64,000 nucleotides of DNA from Utricularia gibba (lineage: Eukaryota; Plantae; Magnoliophyta): contig CM007991.1 of NCBI GenBank assembly GCA_002189035.1, positions 3,472,001 through 3,536,000 on the forward strand, given 5' to 3'. The translations under genes were made by a program, and so were the position numbers. Position 1 is the stretch's first letter, and each line of letters begins with the position of its first letter. The notes below the pieces were generated by a model. That model had not been told where the DNA came from and searched no databases. It saw only the letters and a list, made by a program, of their open reading frames with translations. This document shows, piece by piece, positions 40,410-56,374 of the stretch.

Positions 40410-43400
40410 GGCAGATAACCGCAATACAACCCCCGATCCCACACCAGACCCCTGTCTCGCGCTTATCCCGTATGTGATCAAGAGAGAGAGGAGACACGAC
40501 AAGTGGAAATATTCTTCAAATCACCGCACAGCCATCTGTCAAATCAGAATTATTTCATTAATTATCATAATTAATAAAAAAAATTCAACATACATTTTAA
40601 AAAATTAAAATTTAAATATAGAAAATGGAAATAAATGTCAATTTTCGAAAGCATTATCACCTTCGTGGAAAAAGAAGCCCATTGAGCCCAAAGAATCCAG
40701 GCCCGCCTTTTCCCAAAAGCCCGCTTAATGTGCTGGGCCACGCGAATTTTCTCATAATCTCCGCCCTTCTGGATCAGCCCAACGCGTTGAATGATTAAAT
40801 TACCTTTCTACCCCTCCACTTGTTTCGTTCAAAAAATAATTTTCACATAATAATTTTAAACTTATGTTCAATTGAACCCATTCTCTTAAAAATATGCTGA
40901 ATTCAGTTAAATATTTCTTAATCACATTTTAAAATATTAAAAAACTTATTATTTAAACGACTTTAACAAATTTAATCATGAATTTATGTTTAATCGAATA
41001 AATTCAAAAATTAAATGCGATATTTGACTTGTATTTAAATCCTACTTTAATAAATAACTGCCAAACAACCTCATTAAAGTAAAAAAGTAATATTAAAAAA
41101 TATTCACGAATTTTTTAAACTGGGAATCGAGATCACTTCACTTTTGAGATAATGGACTTGAAGCACGTCCTCAACCATCTTTTCCTTTTTTAATAAAGCA
41201 TTTGCCACGCTGTCACACTTACAACACTAACCAAAAATAATAATCATAATTAATAATTAATAACATCAATTGGCAAAAAAATAAAATAAAAAACCTCTTT
41301 TGCTTTATATCTCTGTGCAAAGGCCATCACCCCCCACAACTCCCCTATCCACTTAACTTTATAATATACATGCATCATAAAGGGTGAAGCATGCTACGTT
41401 TTTTTTAAAAAAAAAAAATTAATTCGCGTCATATTTTTTTTTTCTATAAAGTTTAAAATACGATAAACAATTCATATCAAGTTCGACCATTGAAAAATAA
41501 TATCATTCGTTCGTTTTTTTATTAGAAAAACTGTTTTTAAAATAAAAACATTAGATATATCTAACTATGCTTATAAAATTTGAGAAAAAAATTATCTTAT
41601 ATAATTTTTCGAAACATACAATGAATTAGTTATCAGTATTCATGAATAATACTAAACATGGAATGAATTAGTTTGATATTAATTTTAAAATATAATATTT
41701 GAAAAGAATTAAAAATATGAATACGAGGATGGGTGTAAGATAGATATTATGAAAAAATAATAACAATTTTAAAAACATGGCTTTTGGTGGATATGCAAAT
41801 TGGTAACCCTAAAAGACCCAATTATGAGCCCAACTTGGGAAGCTGGGCCCTCTCCAGGTCCAATCACGAGCATGCTGTAGACAACGCACATTATTTATAA
41901 TATTAAAAAAAATGGTCATTTGGACATGACATCACTCACCGAATCATACAAAATAAAAAAAACAAACAAATAATGTCCTGATAATATTTATCTCCACAGG
42001 ATTCGTGTCAAATCAGACCGACCATCCATTACAAAAGGTAGGTGAAATTAAATACGGTGAATAAACATATTTTAAACTATGATATAAAACATAGTAATAT
42101 CACATTATGAAAGATGTGTATAATATAAAGTGAGATGGGGCACTCTCAAAATAGTCGAATCACCAAAAATAGATTTCACCAAAAAGAAAAACGAGTCACT
42201 ATGAGTCAATGGATGATGATCTCATGGCAGGGCAGATGGATGTGTGCCACAATAATTGAGATTCTTTTCAACTTGGTGAAGTGGTGTGACGGTGATTTTC
42301 AATAATATAATAATGTTAAAAAATTAATATTCAATTATTACATATTTTCTCTCGACTACTAAAATTTTGAAAAATGTATTTAATTTGTTCAATTAATATT
42401 TTTTTAAAAAAATATATGTTTAAAATGTGTATTTAATTGCGTTGAAACGGGGCGCGGGAATCTGGAGCCGACCGGACGTAACCTGATGGATAAATCAACC
42501 TTATCTATCTGGCTACTGCATGCTGGCTACACCCTAGTGTGAATTAATATATGATGGGGAGAATATTAAATTTCAATTTGGTATTTTTCGTTTTAAAAAA
42601 AGAAATAATTGTAATTCCTTTTCAAATATACCACTTCATGTACATCATCAGCCTTTTTCATTACAAAAGAACCCCAACTCTTTTTACTTTTTTTTAGTTT
42701 TAATGGGACAACACACACACGCAATTGGCGTGATTAATATCAATGTGTTTCATATGAGATATTAGAGCTAAATGAAACATTTTATTCCCTATGTCGGTTT
42801 GAATTTAGAGGGTATTTTTAGTAAAATACTCAAATTCCATGTCGTTTAAATAATTTCCAGTAAAATATATTGCATGTGTTCTACATTTTGAATGTGTGAC
42901 TTAGATTATATAGGATAAAATAAGTTTTTAAATTATTTAATATAATTATTTTAAAATTATAAAATTTTTAATAGTGTAATATAAATTCTACTATAAAATT
43001 TAATAAAATAATTTAATATATTATTTAATAATTTTAGAAATTAATTAATGAATCTGAATTCTTTATTTTATTACATGACGATTAAAGATTATATTTAAAA
43101 AATTATATTTACGAAACGCATAAATCATTTGAAAATCAAATACCAGTTAAATTAAATATAATCTCATTTTGCATTTGAAACCAAACACATCCTTTATTTT
43201 TAAAAAAGGAAATTGATGATGTGGAATAAGAAAAATAAAAAAACTATATAAGTGGTATATGATGATGCAGTCATGCAGATTGAAATAATTACGTGTAATT
43301 AATTAATTAATTAATTAAAGGTCACCGGTGGCTTTATGTCTCGTCAAAGGCTGCCCTTGAAAATCGTATTGTTATTATTATTAAGGAGGGAATAAAAATA

Positions 43401-44894
43401 GTGTTGCCTGGTGAATGGGATAACGATGGATGGGGAAATAAAAATGCTTTGTCAGCAGTGCGGGCCCAGGGCGGGGACAGGAATTGACCATGGGGGCTGT
43501 TCCTCGGGATCTGTCTTGAAATTGGAATCCAGGCCTCGTAACTTGATCCCAACCGTTCATCCCCACCGTTGAATTTTCAACACCCGCACCTGGAACCGAA
43601 TCCAGTCTCCGCCATCCCCGCACACAGAAACCAAACTAAAGATGCCTTACCTCATAAAACTTGATATTTCATCCTCACAACACAAAAACAAAAACAAAAC
43701 AAAAACAAAAACAAAAACAAAAAAAAAAAATAATTGCTAATGTTTTGTTTCCGAATCAATCTCCATTTTATCGATTAAATAAAAGTTTAATTTAAAAATA
43801 TATTTATATTCTTATGATAATGTAATATATTAAATTATAAAATATTTTAAAATACGAAAAATAATTGTATTATATATAATACAAAATATGACTTGAATAT
43901 TCATATTTTTGTGATGAATTTAATTATAAAATAAATTTAAAAAATGCGTTATATTAATTATTTTTTAAATAATACTTCATAATAAACGCATTAAAAATGT
44001 TTCTAAATTTAATTAGATGTCATTTTTCTAAGAGGTCATTTGATATTAAGTTATTAGTATGTTTAAGTATAGTATAATTAAGTTTGTATATATTCAATTA
44101 CATATAATGTTTGATATTTAAAAATAAAAATCTGAATATATTAATGATATAGATATAATTAACTTCGACTTCATTTGTTTATACTATGCACATACTCAAA
44201 AAATGATTATATAAGTGATATAATTATATATGATTTATATAAATATACTAGTTAATTAATCAATTATTTATGCATAAATTTAGATATAAATGTTTTATAT
44301 TATACTATCAAATAACGTCACAAATATCAAATATGTATCACATTGAAAGATGATGTTTTTTGTTTGGTACAAATGCATTGATTTTCAGGGTTTGATTTCC
44401 GTGTGGACTACAATTTGCCAACAACCAGACCACTGGGCATTTGTTTTTACAGAATTAAACACATATTATGCGAAAAAAAGGACGTTGACATGGCGCTTTT
44501 TTATTAGGAAAATTAGGTCCCGATTTGGAAATCCTTTTCCGTTGCCCAATCAGTACTTGAAATTGTCATCAATCGTTTCTTTGTAATAATATGTTTATTA
44601 AATAATATACAGATTTAAGAATATTTTTTATATTTTTAAGAAGTTATAAGAAATTGGGGTATTAAATGAGATAGGTGTAGACCAGGAATAGAATTAAAAA
44701 TTAATTGCGCATTTTTTTAAAAAAGTGATGTGATGATGTACTGTTGCATGCATGACCATCGGCTATCGTCATCAGCAAAATATTATTATTTTTTTGTATT
44801 TCTTCTTTTATAAATTTCATGGTTGCCACTCTCCCACAAAATACTCTGTCTTCTCTTCTTCTTTTTCCTCTTCGTCCTTGTGTCAAAGGAGATC

Positions 44895-46004
<1,110 letters not shown>

Positions 46005-48106
46005 TCCAGCAGCACTCTGTCTCCCTCAACTTAGACTAATCGCGTCTTAATTATCACTTAATCCTGTAATCGCATGTCGTTAAGGTTTAATGTACTTATT
46101 AGTGTCCAAGACTTTTGTTCTGCATGACGTAACCAACTTCCACCATGTGCTCGTGGGATCATGTCACTGTAATGAGAAGATAATGATAAAAAAATAGTAA
46201 CAAAAAAAGAATAAAAATAATACTAATAATAGTAATAGTAATAGTAATATAAAATGTTTTTATAATGTAAACAATTTATATAATATAATGATTATTAGTG
46301 TAAAAATCAATTCTTATTTTTTGCTCGATGAATCAATTGTATAACGCACAAATATCTCGATCAACGTCGAGTTGTTTTGAAAAGTAGTTATTTTTATTTT
46401 TATCTTCTATAATAAGATTAAATTTTAATAAAAGTAATTACTAATTTTTCTATATCAATTTTATAATTTATCTTGAAAATGAATAATTGGAGGGGTGGGC
46501 CATGTCATACCCTGTTGTAGTACCTTATCTTATTAAGATGGTCAATTCTGCATCTTGCTATAATTAAATTGGCTATAAAGAATGTCTTTTTGGGTGTGCT
46601 TAACAATTATAAACCAAATTTATATAAAACTTGTTATTCTGATAAATGTCATAAATAAATAATTTTCTATTATACTTATTTTCTCTGGTTTGTGATTATG
46701 AAAAATTCTCCAAATTTGGATATATTTTTTAAAAATTTCGAAATCGGAAAGTTGTGTTTTGTGGTTGTGGTGATTGACTCGTCCAGGTGAGCCTGGGATG
46801 TGGAAATTGGGGCTTGGGGGGGGGGGGGGTGGTGGTCGACTCCTGCCTGCAACATTTATTATCTTAAAAATTGAATTATTGATGTTTCCATCATTTGATT
46901 GGACTGCTTCCATTACATTTGAATTATTCGCGATCCACATTATTGAGGGTGACGCTAGGGGGGGGGGGGGGGTGTTGGGTTCCACAACTTGGATCATTTA
47001 AATAAGTGGCCAATTTTACACTATATCTTATATATTTAGATAAAATTTTATTTGAAAGTGATTATTTTTTGGATACACTTTATTAAGGACCTATTGCCTA
47101 TTGTCTATCATTATTTTTTTTATTCATGAAAATAGAAAAGAGGTTAATGAATGATAATGCATGTTATATATTATTAATCTATAATTACATTCAATATCGA
47201 AAACGTGAGTTTATATAAAATATACGTGAACGATTGTGTCCACCCCACCGTTGACCATCCATAACACTCCATTTGAGGAATCTTGAACCATAAATTGTAC
47301 ACGTAACTGCAACAACTTTAAAGTATAATGGAATTCAATGGTCTCCATTTTTTTTATTTGTTTTGTCGAAAATAGATTAAACTCGTTCTCGGATATAGTT
47401 ATATAATATAGATGGAGTGTCGAAAATAGTAAAAAAAAAACCCCATTTTTGACCGAGTCCACGTGAGGAATAAGGCAAGGTAAATAAATGGGCAGGTTTT
47501 CATGTGAAGTGCCCAGAAAGCAGGGGAGCCACATGACGCAATTGCAACGGGATGGGTGCGCAGCGTTGCGATAGCGTTGCGATGTGGTGAAGTATCCCTT
47601 TCACACACACACAACGAAGGCTGCGGTGCACGCCATGACAACGACATTCCAACCGACTCTTCAACCGGGAACCTCACGCAAACAAACCCTCAAAACGGTT
47701 TCACACGCAGCAACACCAGGAGAAGGCGGTGGGTGGACGCTGTGGCTGCAAATTTGGCGATTTGTAGGTGAAAATATTGATTATCTTAATTATTATTATT
47801 GTTTTTTATTTTAGTGTGTGACATTGACTGACTGAATGATCATATTTTTTTTAATAAAATAGAAATCGGTTTTATGTGATTTTTTAAAAATAAAAAACGT
47901 TTTCAATATTATTTTTGGAATAAAACTCATTTATGGTTTATAATAAAACTAAATTTGAATTGATTTTGTTGGAATCGAAATTATTTCAAATGCTCTATTT
48001 GATTCTACTTCTTAAAAAAAAAAATTCAATAAATGATTTTAATAAAACAAGAGCAGGATCTTAAAATGATATTAATGGTTAAAAAAATACATTATTCACT
48101 TTTCCA

Positions 48107-48114
48107 ATTCCCGC
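48107..48114 (+). promoter_or_regulatory. E2F-like site ATTCCCGC upstream of CTF7
   Basis: Matches WTTSSCSS about 150 bp before the ATG of an S-phase cohesion gene. Confidence 0.45.
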
Positions 48115-48263
48115 GCTCTCCGTCGCGTGCGCGGCCAAGAACTGCAAAATTGGTTGAGTTCCGAGTTGTGCCGAAAAAATCCTTTTCAATCCACCAGTCT
48201 TGGCTTGGCCCTCCTTTCAAATGCTCCGTGGAGAATTCGGAATCTGAAATTCCTTACTGGGAG

Positions 48264-49958
48264 ATGCAATCGAAGATCAGCGCCTTTTTCAGGCCCTGTT
48301 CTACGCGATCGGGGAATGCAGTAACTCTCCTGCTCTCTGGAGATATCTGCGATGCCAAGTCAGAGAATTTGGCGGAGAAGTCGGAAATCGAAGCTACTCA
48401 TTGTTGTAAGAGTCGCGTTTCGGATAAGTGAGTGCTGTTGATTCTTCTGTTCTCTGTACAGGCTTTTTCCTCAACCGTATTTGGATTTGCCATCCCGAGT
48501 AATTTGTTTTTCAGTTAGGGTTTTCTTTTGGTTTGTGGATGCTATTTGTTACATGATGCGCTTTCTCTTGGTGCTTATGTTGTTTTCTGTTCGTTTCTTT
48601 AATTGATTTGTACCAATTTATCTCTGCGTCGAAAGTTGAATCTTCACTATTTCCTTTAGTAATGGGGATGGTAGGGAGCTAGTGAATGACGAGCACCCCT
48701 CATCAACCAAATCAGACGGATTGACGAGCATCAACGTACTGAATAACAAGAGAAAATATGCTCAGTTACACTTGGAGGTTGGCCAATCCAATTTTCTGCT
48801 GCACACATGCCCAGTATGTAAATTCATGTATGCTCCGGGTGTTGAAGATGATGAGAAGTTTCACAAATCTTTTCACAAGAATTACACTCAAGGGATTCCT
48901 TTCAGGGTATGACTTCATCATTTTTTTAGCTAACTGATCACCATAGTAATGTAGATGCTATGCCTCTTGTAAATCAAGGGTTGGCGCAATGAAAGGGTTG
49001 TAGCAGAGTGTGAACTAGGGCACACTATTCTGGTGCAAGATGGTGATCCTTGCATTCAACAAAATAAGGTATATCTGACTCTAAATTTCATCCTGGATCC
49101 AAAATATTTTTCCCAGTCTATCGTCTTTGCAGACTATTTTTGCACTCTTGTTGAAACTCCAGGTTCGAAACGTGGTGCAAATGATGGAACTGGAACTGGG
49201 TGAAGGCTGGATACTTGGAAAAAACTGTAAGGTAATTTAAAAACGTTGGATGCTATCCATAGTTAGTGAGCTTCTTTCCTTCAGTGATTGTGACCAGAAG
49301 TTTTTCATTACGTGTCCCAATGCTGAAGAGCAGCGTGAAGTTGAAATACTTGCAAGTTTCTCAGGTGTATTTGTTCATCTTATCAAGACGAGTATCTGGC
49401 TGCGTGGTTGCTGAACCAATTGAGAAGGCCTACAAGATCATTCCTCAATCCAGGGACGAAACATGCCATGTCCCAACAAAGAAGGCGAATGACAAGCCCG
49501 CCACTCTCCAGTTTGGTGGTTTTAATCTTCAGAGAGAGCTCGTAAAAAGGAGTGCTGTCGAGGAGCAAAAACATGATGGGGCGGTTTTTTGCGAGGAAGA
49601 GGGCTTACCCGCCGTTTGTGGTATTAGAGCTGTTTGGGTCACTCCCTCAAATCGAAGGAAGCACATAGGAAGTTACCTGCTGGATGCAGTTAGGTTAGTC
49701 CACACGTTATAGAAGTGTGAGGTTTCACGCAATCGCAATATACCTATCCCTTCAGTTTCCATTTTATTTGTTGCTGAAAAATAAAAAACACTCAAACTTC
49801 TATGGATCTGTATTTGCAGGAAAAGCTTCGTCACCGGCACTATTCTTGATCCTGCACAATTAGCATTCTCTCAACCCACTTCAGATGGCATAGCTTTGTT
49901 TTCTCGTTACACTGGGATGAACACTTTCTTGGTGTACACTTCAGGTAACAAACACTAG
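48264..49958 (+). CDS. CTF7: Cohesin acetyltransferase ECO1/CTF7
   Basis: N-terminal PIP-box-like MQSKISAFF, zinc finger [19 protein letters not shown], and GNAT segment [28 protein letters not shown] followed by [10 protein letters not shown]. Confidence 0.93.
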
Positions 49959-50830
49959 TTCTAGTTCAGAGCAATGCTTGGGAGCATCCGATTGATGATG
50001 GCTTTCACCAGTGCTAAAAAACATCTTCTCAAGCATGGAGCATTATCTCACTTAGGGCCATTTCGTAGCTTAAGCCTTGATTGGAGTTCCAACCGATATT
50101 GCCTATTTCGAATTTAACTATTTTTTATTTCAAAAATCCAAATATGAAAAATGTATATATTTTACATAAATGTGCATCGTGTTTTCATATATTACTTTTG
50201 TAATTATTACATATTCTTTTTTATTTCTTACACGTGTTTATATTTATTTTACATTTTCCATCTGTATTGAAATAAGTTAAAGTTAATAATAATAAAAAAA
50301 TTGTTTTCATTCTTTATTTCATTCCAATTTTAAGATTCTGACACGGCCGGTTTTCCGAATGGGTCCCAATGCTAAATTCCAGCATGTTCCACGTGCTTAT
50401 CAAATAAGCAAAAAGTTGACATATTTTGTATAGTGGTTTAAGCCACAAAGCTGAGCGTTAAAATAATAAAAAAAATGAAAACTTTGGGGTGAAGGGGATT
50501 AGAAATGTTGGATAAGTGGACACGTATCTACTACTGGGAAAAGCATGATGCTATTCCAAGTCTATCTGCTGGAAAAGAGGCTGAAGGTGTAAAGGAGCAC
50601 ATGATGACAACACCAGAATATTTATGATGGTTGGAAGGTAAGCTTTCATATATGTGTTTGATGACGGAGTCCTTGTTGTTCTTTTCTTCAGTAATCAGTG
50701 TCCTAAAGTGCATGAAACAGTGCTATCTTGGGATCAAAGCAAAGAATTGTTGTTAGCCGGAGTTAAGTCTGTGTGTGGGGACTGTATATGACGCTCTTGG
50801 ATGTCATGTTTTTGTCTCAAGGAACAAAAC

Positions 50831-53800
50831 ATGGCACCCTGTATGATTCACATCTCCTCTATGCTCTTGTGCTTTTTCTTCATTTTCATGTGCTGCACCT
50901 CTCTGGAGCATACTCCCAAGGTATGTCACTCTCCCTTGTGTTCTTTTTTTTTTTTTTCTAAACATATTGTTGTGGTGTTTCCTGTTTATGATCGTTTTCA
51001 TGACTGCAGCCTTACATTATTTACATGGGAAGCTCGTCAAGCAGCAATGATGAAAACGAGTCCTCGAATTCTCTGTTGCTGTCTTCCTTGATTCCAAGGT
51101 GATTCGTCGTAGGACATGAAGCACAATGTCTGTAGAAAATTAATCATATGATGCTGATTGGTTTTCGCAGTGATGAGAAAGAAACGAGGATGGTATTGAA
51201 CTCCTATAGTCATGCCTTTAGAGGCTTTTCTGCTATGCTTACTGAAAGTGAAGCATCTGCTCTATCTGGTAATCAGTTCAATGCATCTTTAAGTGACTTG
51301 TTTTTATCTTAGATGCATTCTGGGGAAAACATCAATAAAAACTTGAGATCATCCGTTTCGATTTCCGGGTGTGCAGGTCATGATGAGGTGATATCGGTTT
51401 TCCCTGATCCTGTCCTGGAGCTGCACACCACCCGCTCCTGGGAATTTCTTGAAGATGCATTAAACTCCGAGTCCATGTCAAGATTTTCCCCTTTTGAGGA
51501 GAAGCAGAGTTTAGTTGATGTAATCGTTGGAGTTATAGACACAGGTTGGTATATACAGATGAAGGCAATGTTGAGCATTGAATTCCCATCACTAAGCTTT
51601 CTGATTCATATGTTTCAGGCATATGGCCTGAATCCTCAAGCTTCAGTGATGAAAATGTAGGAGTACCATCAAGATGGAAGGGAGTTTGCATGGAAGGCCC
51701 AGATTTCAGCAAGACTAGTTGTAACAGGTGCTTTTTTCTGCCAATGCATTAATGTATGCGACACTCTTCATGTAGTTTTCCTCCTGATGCAGGAAGTTAA
51801 TAGGAGCAAGATTCTACTCCACTGCAGCTTCTTCCCTGAATGAAAACGATACGGCACCGAATCGTGGGTCGCCTAGAGACCTTGATGGCCATGGGACTCA
51901 CACAGCATCAATCGCAGTTGGAGCATCTGTTTCAAATGCAAGCTACTACGGGCTTGCACGAGGGGTTGCGAGGGGTGGCTTGCCGTCAGCTCGGTTAGCG
52001 AGCTACAAGGCCTGCACGCTACAAGAGTGTGTTGGCTCGATGTTGCTGAAAGCCATAGATGACGCCATCAGAGATGGAGTTGATATCATCTCCATTTCCA
52101 TTGGGGTGAGCTCCGTCTTCCAGTCTGATTTCCTAACTGACCCCATCGCAATTGGAGCTTTCCATGCAGAACAAAAGGGAGTTGCAGTTGTCTGTTCTGG
52201 TGGAAACGATGGGCCGTGGCCTTACACAGTTGTGAACTCTGCTCCATGGATATTCACAGTTGCTGCATCGACCATTGATCGCGACTTCAGGACAAGTATA
52301 CTGCTAGGAAACAATAAATCCTATCAGGGCACAGGCATCACCTTCTCCTCCTCAAGTCCTGATAAAAAGTATCCTCTTGCATTTGGAGAACAAGTAGCTG
52401 GAAGTTTCACTCCGGCCTTCGACGCAAGGTGTTGCAAAAACACATGCTAGTGATGAAAAGCAAGACAATCAGTAACCTTTCTTTACATGTTCATCAATGC
52501 AGGAACTGCATACCAGGGTCTCTTGACACTCGAAAAGTATCTGGGAAAATCGTAGTTTGCTTGAATGAGCAGCCTGGTGTCTCAAGGCAGATCAAGAAGC
52601 TGGTTGTGCAGGATGCGAAGGGTGCAGGGATCATCATTGTCGACGAACAAGTCACAACTTCCCCGTTTGACTCAGGCGCATTCCCATTTGCACAAGTCTG
52701 GGGATCATCAGGATCAGACCTTCTACATTACATCAACTCAACCAGGTGAAAACCCATATAGAGCAAATATTTGAATCAGAAATCTCTAGCTCCTAGCTAA
52801 TTTTGCACTGAACTCTGTAACAGAAATCCTACTGCATCCATACTCTCAACAGAGGAGATCTCGAATGTCAAGCCGGCTCCTGTTGTGGCGTCCTTCTCTT
52901 CAAGAGGCCCGGAGTTCTAACTGATAACATTCTCAAGGTACAAGCAATCAACTTCTTTGTACCAATTCATGTAGATGCCAAACGAAGAGAATCGATCTTG
53001 ATCTTGCAGCCTGACATCATGGCTCCAGGCGTAGCCATTTTAGCAGCGACGGTGCCAAGAATCGAAGCCTCATACACCCCTCCAGGAAACAAGCCATCGC
53101 CATTCAGTATAAAGTCAGGCACTTCCATGGCTTGCCCACACGTCGCCGGTGCAATGGCTCTGGTGAAATCACTGCATCCCGAGTGGAGCTTCTCTGTCAT
53201 CAAGTCTGCCTTGATGACAACAGGTAGCAACTTATCCCTGTTCTCCAATGATTCATCATCTCTTCCATATCTCCTCATCCACGCAGCTTCCATGAAGAAC
53301 AACATGGAGACGACCATCACAAACTCCACGCCCACATCCACTCCAGCAAACCCCCACGATGCCGGCGCCGGTGAAATCCAACCACTCAAAGCTCTGGATC
53401 CTGGCCTGGCATTCGAGACCAGCATCAATGATCATCTCCTTTTCCTGTGCTACTACGGCCATGACAGCAAAACCATACAAGCAATGGCCAACGTAAGCTT
53501 CACCTGTCCAGGAAACTCCAACAAGACACTCATTTCCAATATCAACTACCCCACCATCTCCATCGGGAAGCTCAGCCGCCATGAGAGGCCCCTGAAGGTG
53601 AAACGAGTGGCGACGAATGTGGGCTCTGTTAACTCAACTTACATATCATCTGTGAATGCGCCTCCAGGGCTTTCAGTGAATGTTGTGCCTTCCAGGATCG
53701 CCTACTCGGCCAACTTCACAAGGGCTTCTTTCAAGGTTTTCTTCGACGGAAGCCGAGCTTCCGAGGGTTACAACTATGGAGATATACGTTGGTCTGATGG

Positions 53801-53843
53801 CCATCATGTAGTCAGACTGACATTCATTGTGAATGTAGTGTAG
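50831..53843 (+). CDS. Subtilisin-like protease, CRSP/SBT5.1-5.2-like; apparent -1 frameshift at 52908-52912
   Basis: Signal peptide, I9 domain ([14 protein letters not shown]), [28 protein letters not shown] and Fn3-like C-terminus. SSRGP(G)VLTDNILK needs one extra C or G. Confidence 0.9.
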
Positions 53844-54243
53844 CATATTCATCCATGATAAAGAAGAAAGATTTTTAGTATGGGGATGAAGATATTCTGA
53901 TGAAAGAAAGAAGCAGATATTAATATTTAGATATTTTTGTTTGAAAATGTATCTTTTATCGCAATTTAGTACCAGAAAACAAAATAATATCGTGCGACTG
54001 GAGTCGAGATTGGAGGGGAGAACATCTTGAGCAGTATGCTCTTTGCGCGATCGGAATTCGACGTTTCCAGCCGTTACTCATCTGTCCACGATCTACTCAT
54101 TGCGAGATTGATTACTCGCTAACGCACGACGTTTTGGGTGGATTCGGGTATTGGGAAGGGAACAAGGGTTGCGCATTTATCAAGCTGCGGATAAGAATTC
54201 GACCAACAGTCGAGGTTTCAACGGAGCGGCTTCTGCTCCAGCG

Positions 54244-56001
54244 ATGGCGGCTATCGCATTGATGGATATGCTGAGGAGAAATCCGAACTTGGGTGCCCAA
54301 GGTTTCTGTTCTAGGGGATTGTTCAGCGCCAAATTTGTCGGAACTTCGGCTTCTTTCGCAGCGGCTGCCCCGTTTGCCTTCGGTTCTTTGTTTCGGTAAG
54401 CTTTGTCTTATGGGTTGTCTTCCTTTTCTTGATTTATGGGTCTTGTGAGGCGTTGATTGCCTTGGTAGTTATGGATTGCTGTGAAAGGCACTTGCTTCGG
54501 GGTGGGGAGGTGCTTCTTGATTCTGTCTAATAGCAGAAACAAGCCTTGGCATTCATTAGTTCTCGTTTTTTTGAAGTTATTAAGGAACTTTGCCTCTTGA
54601 AATGATAAAGGTTTTGTTTACTTCCGTAGAATTTTCATGCGAACTGCCGGTTTATATCATGTCTTATCAGAAAATAGCACGTGTTAAGACGGGATGAATT
54701 CACTGCATCCATTGCCTGTTTTCTTGTGGTGAAATATGACTATTTTCATGTCACAGAAATGGAATCATGCAAGTTGCCTACTGTGATGTGGGAGTCCCTC
54801 CTGCCGAAGAAGCACTTGGAGAAGATTACTTCTCTAGCATACACGCAACATCGGCAAGCTTATTTCAGAATGATGCCCTGAAGTACTCGACCAAGCAATA
54901 TGATATCACATTGAAGCCACTCTTTTCAGCATTTCAATGGAAAACTTTCACTGTGACAACAATCAGATCATTTTTGCTATTTTATTTGCCTCTCGTGGAG
55001 CCTCATCCACGCAAGGAAGATGAAGATGATGACTTTCTCGAGGAGCAATTCATTGAAAAGCCTGTGGATTTGGCAACTCCTTTCCACAAATCAGTGAGAC
55101 AAATAATTCGTGAGGTAGGCTTGCTTTTTTATACTGCCTACACAGTTAAAATCCTACTTTAAAAAATGATGGTTTCAGTTATCACATAGAGTTTACTACC
55201 CTTATCCAAGTGTTTGTGTTTCTTCCATTTTATGCCACCGTAAACTATGCTTAACCGAAGGTATTCCCTCCTCAGACTAGTGTAGTTACTACAAGACGAG
55301 TTCTGGAAAGACTTTCTGTGCATTATGTTTCTCAACGCATGGCGTGGAAGCTTCTCAAAGGTGCTCGTGACTTGATTATGTCAAATTCAAGGAAACTTCT
55401 GTTTGTATGCTAAAAAAAATAAAATTTCACAGATATCCCAAAATCTGCACTGCGGAAGGCTGGAAGGCGTTTGCCTACTACAACATACATTTTCTATGTC
55501 AGCAGATCCACTTTCAGAGGTCTGGTTTCCTTCCTATGACTCTTAATCACTCCACGTATTATACAGCTGATTCTAAACAGAATTCCCTGGCCAAAACAGG
55601 CCATTTTCTCGGGGTTTTGGCCACATGGACTGTTCAGCTAGGTGTTGATGTATATCGATTCTTTAAATCTCTGTGGAACCAAGAAGAAGAAGAAGAAGAG
55701 GATTACACTTCAGCAAAAGTTTTTCTTCTTGGAAAGAGGGTCTCTGTTACCACATTAAAATGTGGCTCGTCGTTGGTTTTCGCATCCATTGGAGCTGGGG
55801 TTTGTGCCAGCTTGCTTCGACCCTCAACCGGCCAGTGGATTGGTAACCATTGATTCATTTGCTGCATCTGTCATTCGGTCAATAGACTTCCCTTCCTCAC
55901 CATTTTTCGTGTTGTCTTATGCAGGATGCACCGTGGGAGACTTGGCCGGACCTGTCATTGTGACCTTCTTCTTCAAGAAAGCATTGCATCTGGAGCTCTG
56001 A
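54244..56001 (+). CDS. Uncharacterised plant protein, possibly organelle-targeted, with C-terminal hydrophobic/glycine-rich segments, multi-exon
   Basis: In-frame GT-AG exons: MAAIALMDMLRRNPN...|VAYCD...LKPLFSAF...FHKSVRQIIRE|TSVVTTRRVLERLSVHYVSQRMAWKLLK|DIPKSALRKA...|GHFLGV...GQWI|GCTVGDLAGP...LEL*. Family not assigned. Confidence 0.8.
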
Positions 56002-56374
56002 CACGTTTCAATACTCCTAACTTGAATCATCTGTTTTGAATTTTCTTGCAAGCCAAAAATGGTTTGTCAAGAAAATTCATGTACTAGTTTTATTTTGCTT
56101 GCTCTATGACAAATACGATGATTTGATGGATGTACTTCTTGACAACTTGTGGCGAATGTTAAAAAGTTGTTATTGTTCCATAACACATCTGAAGGATTTT
56201 GGCATGTATGCAAAAGAAGAAACAGATGGAAGTGGAGTATATACACTGTAATGTCTACAAACTGGAGGGAGGGAGGTCAAAAACAGTGATGTCAAGTACC
56301 CTAACATCAGTCATGAATGAGATCAGATGACTGTTTTGGTTAAGTTGAAAGAGTGAATCGTCTGCTGGCTTGAA

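Noticed and set aside
46810-46975. Poly-G tracts (also near 32480) as G-quadruplex elements or part of a transposon
   Set aside because: Simple homopolymers with unreliable length in this assembly and no element boundaries found.
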